Of a stretch of DNA of 64,000 nt, positions 27,663 to 40,217 are shown in pieces. Origin of the DNA: Felis catus (Eukaryota); contig NC_058368.1 of the NCBI RefSeq assembly GCF_018350175.1, forward strand, positions 23,128,001-23,192,000, in the 5' to 3' direction. The notes below the pieces were generated by a model. The model ran no database searches and was not told where the DNA came from. It saw only the letters and a list, made by a program, of their open reading frames with translations. Made by a program: the position numbers and the translations under genes. How positions within the stretch are numbered: the first letter of the stretch is position 1; the number at the start of each line of letters is the position of its first letter.

Positions 27663-27899
27663 GATGACAAATGAGTGTGGCCCAACCTTAGGTCACTGAT
27701 ACTATTAGATATTGGGAGCAGGGGCAGTTCATGACTTTGTTGGATGTACCTTTGTTCTAATTGATATATCTTAAGCAGATCTGTCAGAAGAGAAGCTTCC
27801 CTTCGTAGGGGCTGTAATCCTGATAGACAACATAATTGAAATGTTTAACACAGTTACTCAAAATCTGATTGGTCTCTGTGACCTTGAAGATCAAGTGAC

Positions 27900-28455
27900 T
27901 ACTAGGTTGTTGGAATCTTGTGATGCTCACCTTAAAGCAACCTAATGACTGCCCTCTACACTCCCATTGTAACAAAACTAAAATACTAACTCCCTGCATG
28001 ACCTGCAAGAGCTCTACAGGACACATGATGAGGCCTCTGTGTGACATGCTCAGCTCATCGAACCCACTGCTTCACTCACTATGCTCCAGCCTCCTCAGGG
28101 CCTCATATAATTCCAGGTGTTAGGAAACAGGCCCTTTGTACTTGCTGTTCATTCTGCTTGGAACTATCTTCCCTAGATCGCTGCACGGTGAGGTCCCCCT
28201 TTTTATCCTTTAGCTCTTACCTAAAATATCACCCTCCTCAGAGAGGCCTTCACTGGCCACTCTATGTAAAATGGCCCCCACTCCTTCATAATATTTATCA
28301 TAAACTAAAATTACCTGGCATGTTTGTTCATTAATTATCTTCCATCCCCATTTAGAAGGTGAGCTCTAAAAGGGCAGGGAACTTACTTGGTTCATCCTCT
28401 GCTGTATTGTAAGAATCTGGAACAGTACTTACTATCACTGCTCAATAAATCACTA
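27900..28455 (+). mobile_element. L2 remnant
   Basis: tttgtacttgctgttcattctgcttggaac; ctcctcagagaggcctt; gctcaataaat. Confidence 0.65.
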
Positions 28456-28457
28456 AT

Positions 28458-28686
28458 GGGGGCACCTGGGTGGCTCAGTCGGTTAAGTGTCTGCCTTCGA
28501 TTTGGGTCATGATCTCACCATTCTTGGGTCCAAGCCCCACATTGGGCTTTCTGCTGTGCGCATGAAGCCCGCTTTGGGTCCTCTGTCCCCTTCTCTCTCT
28601 GCCCCTCCCCCACTTGGACATGCGCTGTCTCTAGCACTCTCTTTCAAAAATTAATTAATTAATTAATTAATTAAAACTTAAAAAAA
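28458..28686 (+). mobile_element. CAN-SINE with (TTAA)6 in tail
   Basis: gggggcacctgggtggctcagtcggttaag head. Confidence 0.9.
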
Positions 28687-31609
28687 TATCACTGAATGAA
28701 TGAATGAACAGGAAGGCCTGGGCCCAGAGTTGACACAAGATTTTTTTTTTTTTAACCTAACCCTCTTCAGTTTTCCACTACTGTATTATTTCCTGAAAGA
28801 AATGCGAGAAGGAGACAGTCTAGCCAAATGTTTGCCAACTGTCCCTGACAGAGGCCTGTGCACTATCTGCTCTTCCCTGCAGACTAGTCCAGGATTCCTC
28901 ATCTCTCCCTGATCCCTTCTGACCTTGACCCTTTGTCTTGTACCGACAGCCCAGGGCAGTGTCAGACCTCAGCAGTCTCTTTTTCCCTACCCCCTGGGGC
29001 CATTGTGAGTACTACCCAGGTCCCTGGGGTGCATGCATACCCAACAGAAACCGTGTGAATATCAAGTATTACTTGGAATAAGAAAGAGGATTAGTTAGAG
29101 CTTTATAATCCCTGGACTTCTCCCCATTTCACCTTACTTGAGGCACCGACAGGGCCAGGCTCTCCAGTAGGACTGTGGCTGTAAAGTTGACTGACCAATA
29201 TCTTAGGATGCAAGCAAGCCAAAAAGACATAATTTTGCAAAAGATTTAAATATGCCTCTGTCAGAATGGTCACTTGTCAAATGTTTATGTTCCACAATTC
29301 CACCATTTCACCTCTAAATCCAGCATTACACCCACAGCAGGACTGGTGTCCAAAGACTCAGGGAAGAACCACCGATGCAGCTAAAACTGAATGATCTAAA
29401 TTCACTCAGAAATTGTAAGGCCTTTGTTGAGGAACCACACAGTAGTCCCGCCAGAGCCCAAGAAATACCTTTGGAGCGCTGTGCACAGCACATTGGCCCA
29501 GCAGGAGCATTGTGTACAAGTCAATCTTGGAAATGGATTGCCTGGTCATCCAGCAAATGAAGCATTATGCGCTTGTCTGGTTGAGAAGAGATAAAAAAGC
29601 ATGGATCAGACAGAGTGAAATGTGGCCAACGTTTGGCAGGGGCTTTCCAATGAAAATAAAAGGTCCTAACAAAGAGTGGAGCTTGCATTTTCAGATCTCC
29701 TAGGAGGGAGAAATTGGTGTCTGTAATTAGAAATTTTATATCAGGTGTTAGATTCACAAAATGGGCAGGCCAGTCTCTGGAAGCCTGATTGCTGAGGACA
29801 GAGAGTCACTGTGCTCACTGCTGGCTTGGGGCGGCCTGAAGGGAATAACTTGCGGGTTGGTTGGAGGACCAGACCTGGCCGAAGCCCAGCATGTCAAAGA
29901 GCAACAAGTTATCCAAGAAGAGGCAAGGGCCAAGCACCAGAGAATCTGAAAAGACAAAGAAGCCACTGTTCTGCCCTGATGAGTGCCAAGATACCTCCTT
30001 TAACCTCATTGCTTTTATTCAAACACTTAGCAGGAAACTCATCCTTATGTCTTTAATGGGAAAAATCTTCTGGTTGGGGTCGAAATCAGATAACACGAGG
30101 ATGGACGTATTTGAAAGTAAATGGAAAAATGGGAAAGAATGATGATGTCATTATACTAAGGGAATATAAATGGTCTGGGAATTTGGTGGTTTTGAGGTGG
30201 GTTCAATTCTTCATTTCCTGGCACTTCAATATTTATCTCTGCTTTTGCAGGGGATACAGTGACTCATTTGCACACAGGGTCATACAGTACTTTTTGGATT
30301 ATGATAAACATTCAGAGAGACAAGATTAAGGTGATCTGAGGCCAATTTTGCCAATTGAACTATAGTGTTTAGCTCTCACAAGGTGTTTTTCTAAATTAAA
30401 TCAAATCAGTAAACATTTATCAGGCATCTGCGTATCGTGTGAGAGGCTAACACACGAAAATGAACAGGATTTGAAATGCAAGGAAATGAAAAACAAACCA
30501 GCAGCATGGAGATTATAGTTAATCTTTTCTGAATTGTGTCCACAGTTAGAGACAGGAAGGGAACTAACTTTCTAGCAGCCAAAAAGGAAACTTTTCTGGG
30601 AAATCTCCCTCAATCTAGCCAAAATAAATATTTAGATCTCAGAGAAAACAAAAGTTAAAATGAATGTAAAACTGATCTTCACATTAAGATGCGAGGAAAG
30701 TCAACCAACTTCAATAAAAATGCTGAACCTTTACTATGTGGTAGGTAGTGGTTATATGAAATTAAAAAGACATGGCCAACATTCATGAGGACAAATTTAA
30801 ACATGTGTTATTCCATGCAAAACAAAGTTCTTTTGTCCTCAAACTTTTATTTATTTATTTATTTTGGTTGTTGTTTAAGGATGTTAAACGTAGAAAAATT
30901 TTTTTTAAATATTGTATTTGAAGCTCATGAATTTGGCACAATCTATTATGGATGCCTTATGTGTCAACCGAAGCAATGTGGGTAAAGGTATAATTACGTG
31001 GATTTGTATTTGGTTAATTGACCATATCCCAGCTGCATTGATTGTTGAATGATGGCTGCTGCATCCCAGAAGATTCTTAAAGGCACTAAAGCTATTGGGG
31101 CTAACTGAAACATCACATATGTTTGCTTTGGATTGGAACTGTATTGACTTCATTCGGCAAACACTAGCAGAGAAAAACAGAAAAGAACATTTACAGTGTA
31201 TGCAATTCATTCCTTCTTCCAACTACCTTAAATTCTATCCTCAAATCAGGTTATATCACCAGAAGACTATATGCCTGCACAACAGTAAATTAGCCTCTCA
31301 CAAAATCATCCTCACTGGACCCAGAGCACTCTAGGAGGCAAGGCTTCCAGAAAACAAGGGGCATGAAAACTTCCTGATATTTTGGAACTTTTGGAAAAAT
31401 AAATGAAGAATTATTGTAGGAGATTAAGAGAAGAAAGAGAATAGAAACTACTATAAAAACTAACAGTTGTATAGCAAGGGATTATGATATTAATATCCTA
31501 CTTTGTTCTTCCCCGAGCAACAATTATATAAATTATAATATTGTAAACATCGTTGAGCAATTTAACATGGTTTAATGGTAATTTTCCTGAAAAACATCAG
31601 AATTTTTTA

Positions 31610-31826
31610 AATTTTTTTTTTTCAACGTTTATTTATTTTTGGGACAGAGAGAGACAGAGCATGAACGGGGGAGGGGCAGAGAGAGAGGGAGACACAGAAT
31701 CGGAAACAGGCTCCAGGCTCCAGCCATCAGCCCAGAGCCTGACGCGGGGCTCGAACTCACGGGACCGCGAGATCGTGACCTGGCTGAAGTCGGACGCTTA
31801 ACCGACTGCGCCACCCAGGTGCCCCC
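31610..31826 (-). mobile_element. Young felid SINE
   Basis: CpG-intact; flanks gaattttt(t)aaa on both sides. Confidence 0.95.
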
Positions 31827-32953
31827 GGAATTTTTAAAATAGACTTCTATTTTAGAATAGTTTTAGACTAACAGAAAAAATTATGAAGATAGTAGAAAGA
31901 TTCCCATATACTCTACACCAGTTTCCTCTATTATTGACATATTAATATGGTTCATTTGTCAAAATTAATGAACCAATTCTAATACATTATTATTAACTAA
32001 AGCCCATGGTTTCTTCAGATTTCCTTAGTTTTTACCTCATATTCTTTTTCTGTCCCAGAATCCATCCAGGATACCACGTTACATTTGGTTGTCATGACTC
32101 CTAGGGCTCCTTCTCTTGATTGCACCAGTTTCTCAGACTTTCCTTGGTTTTGATGACCTTGACATTTTGGAGAAGTCAGCTGCTTTGTAGAATGTTCCTC
32201 AGTTGGGATTTGTCTGATGAGATTATGAGTTTGGAGGAAGATCAGAACAGTAAAGTGCTATTCTCATCACATTATATCAAGGACACTTATGATTGACTTA
32301 TTTCTGTTGATATTAATTTTGATCACATGGCTGAGGTAGTATTTGTTAGATTTCTCCACTGTAAGGTTTCTCCCCCTAACCTTTCCATACATACTGCACC
32401 CTTTGGAAGGAAGTTACCATGAGCAGCATACATTTAGGGGAGCAGGGAGTTTATGCACCAACTCCTTGTGTGTTGAGCACCTACATAAATTATGTAGAAT
32501 TCTACATGAGAGATTTGTCTATTCTCCCCAATTTATTGATTTATCCAATCACTTATTTACATCAGCATGTACTCATGGATACTTATTTTGTATTTTAGGT
32601 TATGATTCAGCACTGTGTTATTTATTTTGTTATTCAGCTTGTTCTACCTTTCATCATTAGGAATTCTTTCATTGGCCCTGATGACCCTTTGACATACCCC
32701 ACCATTGTAGATTTTTTTCTTTTAACATTTCTTACTTGCTGGAGCTACAAGATGCCCCAGGTTCATCTTGTATATTTCTTGTCCCAGTGCTCAAATCAGC
32801 CATTTCTCCAAGGAAATGAAGAATGGTATTAGAAACCAAGAACCAAGATCAAGACCCTAAGTGTGCTTGTTGCTATGAGGGGACAGGGATTGTTGCTTCT
32901 AGGCCCTCTCAAGAAGATGGATCAAGGAAATATATGTGTATGTACTAATCAGG

Positions 32954-32988
<35 letters not shown>

Positions 32989-33765
32989 TATAAATATTTC
33001 TCTTTGTAACCATCTGTATCTCCATTAAGTAAACATGAGTTCATACTGATGTGTCCAACTCTAATCCACTACCACATGGATTATTCTAGCCTTCTCACCT
33101 TGCTTGTTTATAATATCTTACCCCAATAGGGAGAAATCTGGCTCCCACACCTGCCATCTATTTATTTAACTGTTCAATTCCAGCATATATGTATAGTAGT
33201 TTCAGAATTGTTAACCTATACTCCATTGGGAAAAAACTTTATTACCTAGACTACAGTATTTATATATCATTTATTTTGCCTTTAGTCTTACAGATGAAAG
33301 TTACTTAGATCAGCACCTTTTATACTCACCCCTTTCAGCGAGGTTGATTCATACATTTATAATATAGTAAGTTGATTTTGTCACATTCCCTAGGGTATTC
33401 TGACCTCCTAAATAATTTTTTAATTTGCATACATTAAGGTTCACTCTTTGTGCTGCAAAGGTCTATGGGTTTTTACAAAAGCATAGTGTCATGTATCCAC
33501 CACTGCAACATTGTATAGAATAGTTTCACCACCTAAAAAATCCTGTGTTTCACCTTTTCAACTCTTCCTACTTCCTGAGCCTCTGGCAACCACGATCTGT
33601 TTTCCATCTCAATGGGTTAAGCCTCTTTTAGAATGTAATATAAACGGAATCATGCAGAATGTAGCCTTTTCAGACTGACTTCTTTCACTTAACAATATGT
33701 GTTTAATATTTTTTCATGTCATTGCATGGCTTGATAGCTCTTTTTTTTAACGTTTATTTATTTAT

Positions 33766-33829
<64 letters not shown>

Positions 33830-34100
33830 GGGGGAGCAGAGAGAGTGGGAGAGAGAGAATCTCAAGCAGGCTCCACACTGTCAGCACAGAGCCCAACTCG
33901 GGGCTTGAACCCATGAACCATAAGATCAAGATCAAGCCGAAGTTGGACGTTTAACCAACTAAGCCACCCAGGTGCCCCAGATAACTCATTCTTTTTTATT
34001 GATGAATAGTAACATATTACATGGACATACTAATGTTTGTTTATTCTATTACTCTTCCAACATATTGAAAGATATATTGGTTGCTTCCATTTAGGAATTG
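31827..34100 (-). mobile_element. Old L1 (L1MC/MD-type) 3' region, ~2.3 kb, with (CA)n at ~32956-32985
   Basis: ttttagaatagttttaga..cagaaaa; ccaggataccacgttacatttggttgtcatg; tggaatcat-like ggaatcatgcagaatgtagccttttcagactg. Confidence 0.8.
33741..33978 (-). mobile_element. CAN-SINE with expanded (GA)n inside L1
   Basis: TSD gata(g/a)ctc. Confidence 0.92.
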
Positions 34101-35564
34101 CTTTAATAAATTGCAAACTTAAAATAAATCAGCAAAAATTACATGACTTCCAAAAAGTTACTGTAATACTAGGATGCATTGAGGAAAGTAAAGCAGTTAT
34201 AATGTTAGTTGCTGTACAACATAGTGTAGTGGTGAAAAACACAGTTTTGGAATTCAGATTGTCACCTCCCAAGATGTGTGAGCTGGGCTAGATTGCCTAA
34301 ACTTTCTGGGCCTCAGTGTCCTTGTCTGTAAACAGGGAGAATAATTGTACTTATAGAGCATTCAGCAGTACTTGGCTCGATAAATATTAGCTATCATTAT
34401 AACATATAATATTTCCACATATCATGTAACAAGCACGTTATATATATTATTTTATGTCTTCCGAGAACCTTTCAAAGGAGTATGATTATCCCCATTTGTA
34501 GACGGAGAATCTGAAACACAGAGGCCATAAGTCAATGGAATCAAGACTTAAACTGCAGTCTACAATATTGCAAAGGCTCCGATCTTTTAATTTGACTGCA
34601 GTGATTCTCGAGAACACAAGAAAAATCCCCTTTTATTTAGCTGTAGACAAACTGTACCTTCACGTTGAGTTGCCGTATATTATGAAGGACCAACTAGAAT
34701 GTGTGAAAGAGATGATAGAGTAATGAAACATCTAGAAACCCTTTTAAATGAGGTGCTACTGAAGGAACTAGGGATGATTGGTATGGAAAGTAAAAAGCTG
34801 GGAAGAAATTACAATAAAATGGAAACAATATGTGTTTCTTAATGAAAGGTTAAAAGGTGATTTTATTTTTTCTTTATATTTCCTAGATTTTTAAAGATGA
34901 ACATGCTTTTCTTTTGGTTTGCCTTTATTTTTTATACTTTTTATAATAAGAAAAAACATTAACAAATCATAGTTAAGAGAAAAACTTGAGTGATGGAAGT
35001 TAACTAAACTTACTCTGGTAATCATTTAATAATATACACACATATCAAACCATTATGTTGTATAGCTTCAATTATACAGTATTATATGTCAATTGCATCT
35101 CAATGAAACTATAACAAAATAATGGTTATATATAAATATCCAGCATAATACTTAGCCCCTTTTTAAAAAATGAATTATTCAGGTTTTATTTTGAAATCTA
35201 AAACTGAGATTTTGAAATATATATTTGAAAACATAACCACTTTTTCCCTTGTTAATTCTATAAATACAGTTCACACTGAGAAGAAAAAAAGAAAAAAGAA
35301 AACCTTGACAGCCTGTTCTGTGAAAGACAGATTAAATGTATTACTTATGGCCTCAGAAGACAGTTTGGGTCCAATGTGTGAAAATTATCAGCATGTACTT
35401 TGGGCTCAAAATAAATGAAAATGACTGACGGTTGAGGAAGCTAGCTTTCCTCTAGCAGAAAATGTTTAATCACAGGCTGGGGTCAGACTAGAGCAGATGA
35501 CCTCCGAGATCTCTTTCAGCGTTTAATCCATAACCTGGACTTCTACTAACGAGCACAAGATTTC

Positions 35565-35770
35565 TTAAGTTTATTTATTTATCTTTGAATGAGAGAGAGA
35601 AAGAGAGAGACAGAAGAAGAGAGAGACAGAAGGAGATACAGAATCCTAAGCAGGTACCAGGTTCCGAGCTGTCAGCACAGAGCCCAGCACAGGGCTTGAA
35701 CCCACCAACCGTGAAATCATGACCTGAGCTGAAGTCAGACACTTAATTGACTGAGCCACCCAGGTGCCCC
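35565..35770 (-). mobile_element. CAN-SINE
   Basis: Flanked by agcacaaga repeats. Confidence 0.92.
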
Positions 35771-35784
35771 AAGCACAAGACTTT

Positions 35785-35803
35785 TTGAAGTTTATTTATT
35801 TAT

Positions 35804-35853
<50 letters not shown>

Positions 35854-35970
35854 TGAGAGAGAGGCCAGTGCAGAGCCTGACACAGGGCTCAAACTCACAA
35901 ACCACAAGATCGTGACCTGAGCCTAAATCAAGAGTTGGATGCTTAACCAACTGAGCAACCCAGGACCCCC
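35785..35970 (-). mobile_element. CAN-SINE
   Basis: Tandem to the previous copy, long (GA)n. Confidence 0.9.
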
Positions 35971-36156
35971 TCACCCCCACCCCGCCACTGCCCTGAGCCC
36001 AAGATGTCTTTAATTGTTTTAGCTCATGACACAAGAAATTGATGCTGCTAATATTAATGCATTTAGTTTATTAATCTTCAGGCACCCAAGAAACACTTAG
36101 CAATTTGTTTTACTTATGAGAAGAAATGAACCTGTATTTCCTTAGAATCTAATTAA

Positions 36157-36369
36157 ATTTTTTAAAATGTTTATTTATTTTTGATAGAGTGAGAGAGAAA
36201 CAGAGTGTGAGTGGAGGAGGGGCAGAGAGAGGGAGACACAGAATCCAAAGCAGGCTCCAGGCTCTGAGCTGTCAGCACAGAGCCCACGAAGGGCTGGAAC
36301 TCATGAATCGTGAGATCATGACCTGAGCCGAAGTCAGATCCTCAACCAACTGAGCCACCCAGGAGCCCC
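36157..36369 (-). mobile_element. CAN-SINE
   Basis: TSD agaatctaatt. Confidence 0.93.
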
Positions 36370-36407
36370 AGAATCTAATTTAGAATGTCTACTCATTCAA
36401 ACCAGTT

Positions 36408-36841
36408 TGTATTAGTTTCCTAGGGCTGCTGTAATAAATTGGCATAAACTGGGTAGCTAAAAACAACAGACATTCATTCTGGGCCAGAAGCCCCAAATCG
36501 CTGGCAGAGCTGTCTCCCTCGAAGGGTCTAGGAGAGTGCTCTTCCTTGCTTCTCCCTGGCCCTGGTGTCTGCGGGCGTTCCTTGGTTTGTGGCTGCATCA
36601 CTTTAATCTCTGCCTCTGTCCTCACATGGCCTTCCCTTCTTCCAGGGTCTCCTCTCTGTGTCTCACATAAGGACACTTGAAACTGGATCTAAGGTCCACT
36701 TGAATAACCCAGGGTCATCACATTTTGAGGTCCTTAATTTAATTAATTCTCCGAAGACCCTTTCTCCAAATAAGGTCATGTTTGCAGGTTCTGGAATGTG
36801 GACATATCTTTTTGGAGGTCTACCATTCAATCCACTATGCA
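36408..36841 (-). mobile_element. MaLR LTR (MLT1A-C-like)
   Basis: tgtattagtttcctagggctgctgtaa..ggtttgtggctgcatcactttaatctctgcctctgtcctcacatggcc..ccaaataaggtca..attcaatccactatgca. Confidence 0.85.
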
Positions 36842-36852
36842 TCTGAGTTACA

Positions 36853-37070
36853 GGGCGCCTGGTGGCTCAGTCAGTTAAGCGTCCACCTCTTGATTTTGGC
36901 TCAGGTCACCATCTCACGTTTCGTGGGTTCAAGCCCAGGGTCGCTTTCTTGCTCTGCCGTGGCAGCACAGAGACTGCTTGGGATTCTCTCTCGCTCTCTC
37001 TGCCCCTCCCCACTCTCATGCTTACTCTCTCTCTCTCTCAAAATAAATAAACTTAAAAACATACTTAAAA
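36853..37070 (+). mobile_element. CAN-SINE
   Basis: gggcgcctggtggctcagtcagttaagcg head. Confidence 0.9.
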
Positions 37071-37834
37071 AAGAAGTCAGTGAAATATTTTAACCATTCT
37101 CTATCTGACATTAACTCCTTACTCTAATTTTTCCTTCCTCTATCCCTGCCAGTCTTCCTGCCCCATCGGCTTTCTTAGGAGTTTCTGCTTTCACTTCCTC
37201 CAGGAAGACTTCCTTGACCACTGTTGTCTTGTTCACCTTTACAGGCCCAGCATTTAGTGTAGTCCCTGGCATATAAACACAGCTTGGTAAACATTTATTG
37301 AAAAAACAAGTGCATCTATGAAAGGAGGCCAGTAATGCTGCCCACCTTTCTATTGAGTTACTGAGAAGCGGTTAGTTTTCAGAGACACCTGGGGAATTTC
37401 AGGGAGAAGATGAAACTTTCTTTACAAAAAGTCTGTTCATTCCAGAAGGCCTTTCCATTGAAACCACACCACAAATATTTAAAGGGAATAAGATGTGCAA
37501 CCTAACCTGTTTTTTTATTCTCAAGGCACAGGAATGTAGGGAGTTAAAGACAAATGCCATGCTTTCCACAGGGCTGATAATTTTAACGAACACTGAGCAG
37601 TTTGGGGCAGTGGGAGCTTTTGTGCTTTGGAATGTGGAGGATGAGTTCTGATGAAGGTTTCACGATGTAACTAGGACAGGGGTGTGAAGGAGATAAGAGG
37701 CTTTATTCAGACTGTGAAACTTCTCTTGATGTAGAGCAGCCCCAGTTAGATATTCCAGAGATAACTTGACTTGTTAAAAGCAATTTAAATGGCACATTTG
37801 AGGCTTTATAATTGATTTAAAAACTGATGTTGCT

Positions 37835-37959
37835 GGGGTGTCTGGGTGGCTCAGTCAGTTGAGTGTCTGACTTCGGCTTAGGTCATGGTCTCATGATTTG
37901 TGGGTTTGAGCCCCACGTCGGGGTTTTGCACTGACAGCATGGAAACTGCTTCAGATTCG

Positions 37960-38002
<43 letters not shown>

Positions 38003-38060
38003 GCCCCTCCCCTGCTCACACTCTCGCTCTCAAAAATAAATAAACCTTTTAAAAAACCCA
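37835..38060 (+). mobile_element. CAN-SINE
   Basis: TSD aaaaactga(tg/aa)ttgctg. Confidence 0.92.
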
Positions 38061-38802
38061 CAAAAACTGAAATTGCTGTCTTAAAAGCCAGCAAATTGCT
38101 GGGAACCCACCCCTTCCCCCCAGTAGCTTTCTGAGAGGTAATTCATGGTTTCAAAAACTATAAATGGTGTTTTTGAGATGGAAGCTTGATCCTGAATTGA
38201 GTGGTATTTTTACCTGGGATTAGGGGCTCTGAAATAGAATGTCAAGGTTTTTTGCTTCTTAAAGACAGTTAATGAATGTATTTGGTCTGTTTTCCTTTTC
38301 TCACTGCCTGACTACGGGGAGAGAATTGCCTGAGTCTGACTCTCTACCCCACTCTTAGTGAGTGTGATCTTGAACATGAGCCTTCAAACTTACTTCGGTG
38401 ACTGGCTGGGGAAATAAGCTTCCGGACTAGTGTTTGTTGGGTTGCAAAGTAACCATGAGTGTCTACTACTATGCTGCAGAATATTGCATTTCTGGTTGAG
38501 GATATTATAAATATTTGGAGTTGCTTTTGAGAATCCTTAAGGAGAATGTGGACAGAAAAGACAGAAAATAAGGCTTTACCATTTAGAGGCAAAACTACAC
38601 ATATCTACCTTTTGTTTTCAGCATCTTTGGTGATTTTAGCACCTCTGTCAACAACAAATCCAGTAATAGTCATCGGTGCCCACTCTGTCAGGCAGCCTTC
38701 TGGCACTGGAGCAATATCACTGAGCAAAAGACCAGAAATTCTGGCTTCATGTAGCCTACATCCCAGCAGAAGAGATAATTAGCAAAACACACATCAACTA
38801 GC

Positions 38803-38996
38803 TTTTTTTTTTAAGTTTATTTATTTTGAGACAGAGGGAGAGAATGAGCATGGGAGGGGCAGAGAGAGAAGGAGACAGAGGATCTGAAGCAGGCTCTGCA
38901 CTGACATCAGAGAGCCCAAGGCAGAGCTTGAACTCACAAACCATGAGATCATGACCTGAGCTGAATTGGAATGCTCAGCCAACTGAGGTGTCCCCT
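38803..38996 (-). mobile_element. CAN-SINE
   Basis: Reverse copy; degenerate TSD ca(t/c)caacta(g/a)ct. Confidence 0.9.
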
Positions 38997-39259
38997 CAGG
39001 GAAGGTGTCCCCACCAACTAACTTATATAGAAGGTTAGAAAAGGACAAATGCTATGGAAAAAAGTAGAGCAGGGGAAAGGGTATAGGATGTGGGGGTAGA
39101 TTGCAAGTAGGGAAAAGGGTGGCCAGGTGGGCTTCTTTGAGAAAGGGCTGTGCCTACAGATGTGAGGGGAGAAGCAGAGAGAACAGCGCAAAGGCAATCC
39201 CAGTAAATGCAGCTGAGGCATGATGGAGATGTGGAGCTGAGATTAGAAATGGAAAGATG

Positions 39260-39472
39260 AGGGGCAGCTGGGTGGCTCAGTTGGTTAAGCGTCTGACTTC
39301 AGCTCAGGTTATGATCTCAAGGTTCATGAGTTTGAGTCCCACGTCAGGTTCTGCTGACAGCTCAGAGCCTGGAAACTGCTTCAGATTGTGTCTCCCTCTC
39401 TCTCTGCTCCTCTCCCATGCACACTCTGTCTCTTTGTCAAAAATAAATAAACATCACAAAAAAAAAAAAAGA
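39260..39472 (+). mobile_element. CAN-SINE
   Basis: TSD ggaaagatgag. Confidence 0.92.
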
Positions 39473-39729
39473 AGCGGAAAGATGAGACATGGACAACTTC
39501 TGGGCATGTCCTGAAGGCAGAACTATCTGGATTCCTGATGGACGTGATGTATGAGAAACAAGGAAAACCCTATGTCTTTTGCCTGAAAAATCAAAGTGAA
39601 GAAGCTGCCATCAACTGGGGTGGGGGTGGGGGGCTGGGGCTGCAGGTAGTGTGATATGTGTGTTGGGCGAGAGGGGACGTAGATCAGGAATTCGGGTTTG
39701 CCCATATATTTGAGACACCCAGTGGGAAC

Positions 39730-40217
39730 TGTAACAGCCCTCCAGCTGCTCTTAAGGACTAACTTGCTTCAGTCTTACACACTCCTCGCTTGCTGACCAA
39801 AGTTCCCTGGTGTGTAGCAGAACCAACCCACTTGCCTTGAGACCTGAAGACCGCTGGCCTAGAGGAGTGAAGGACGAAGCTTCCCCAGAAGGTAAGTCCT
39901 GACTGTATCTCCAAACAGCTGCGGCTGATGCCAGCAAGTCTGTTCAGGGTCAGGTCCACCTCGGACTAACCGCCAGGGCACCTGCTTCTCCTGCCTGGAG
40001 CACCTTCCTCCGTTTCCCAAGTCTTTCCCTTTAAAACCGTCCAGCTTCACCTAGACAGGGAAGATAGTGTTTGGGACATTAACCCACTGTCTTAGGTTAC
40101 CAGCTTCCTGAATAAAGTAAACTTTCCTTTCCCCCCATTACCTGTCTTTCGAATATTGATTTTCCAGCAGAGGTGTAGCCCCACCTGAGCTCAGAACCGG
40201 TTCTCTGTGCAGTAACA
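39730..40217 (+). mobile_element. Solo ERV LTR (ERV1-like, 488 bp)
   Basis: TG..CA termini (TGTAAC..GTAACA), 4-bp flanks gaac/gaag, TATA-like TTTAAAA at 40030, AATAAA at 40111; interrupts the L2. Confidence 0.75.
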
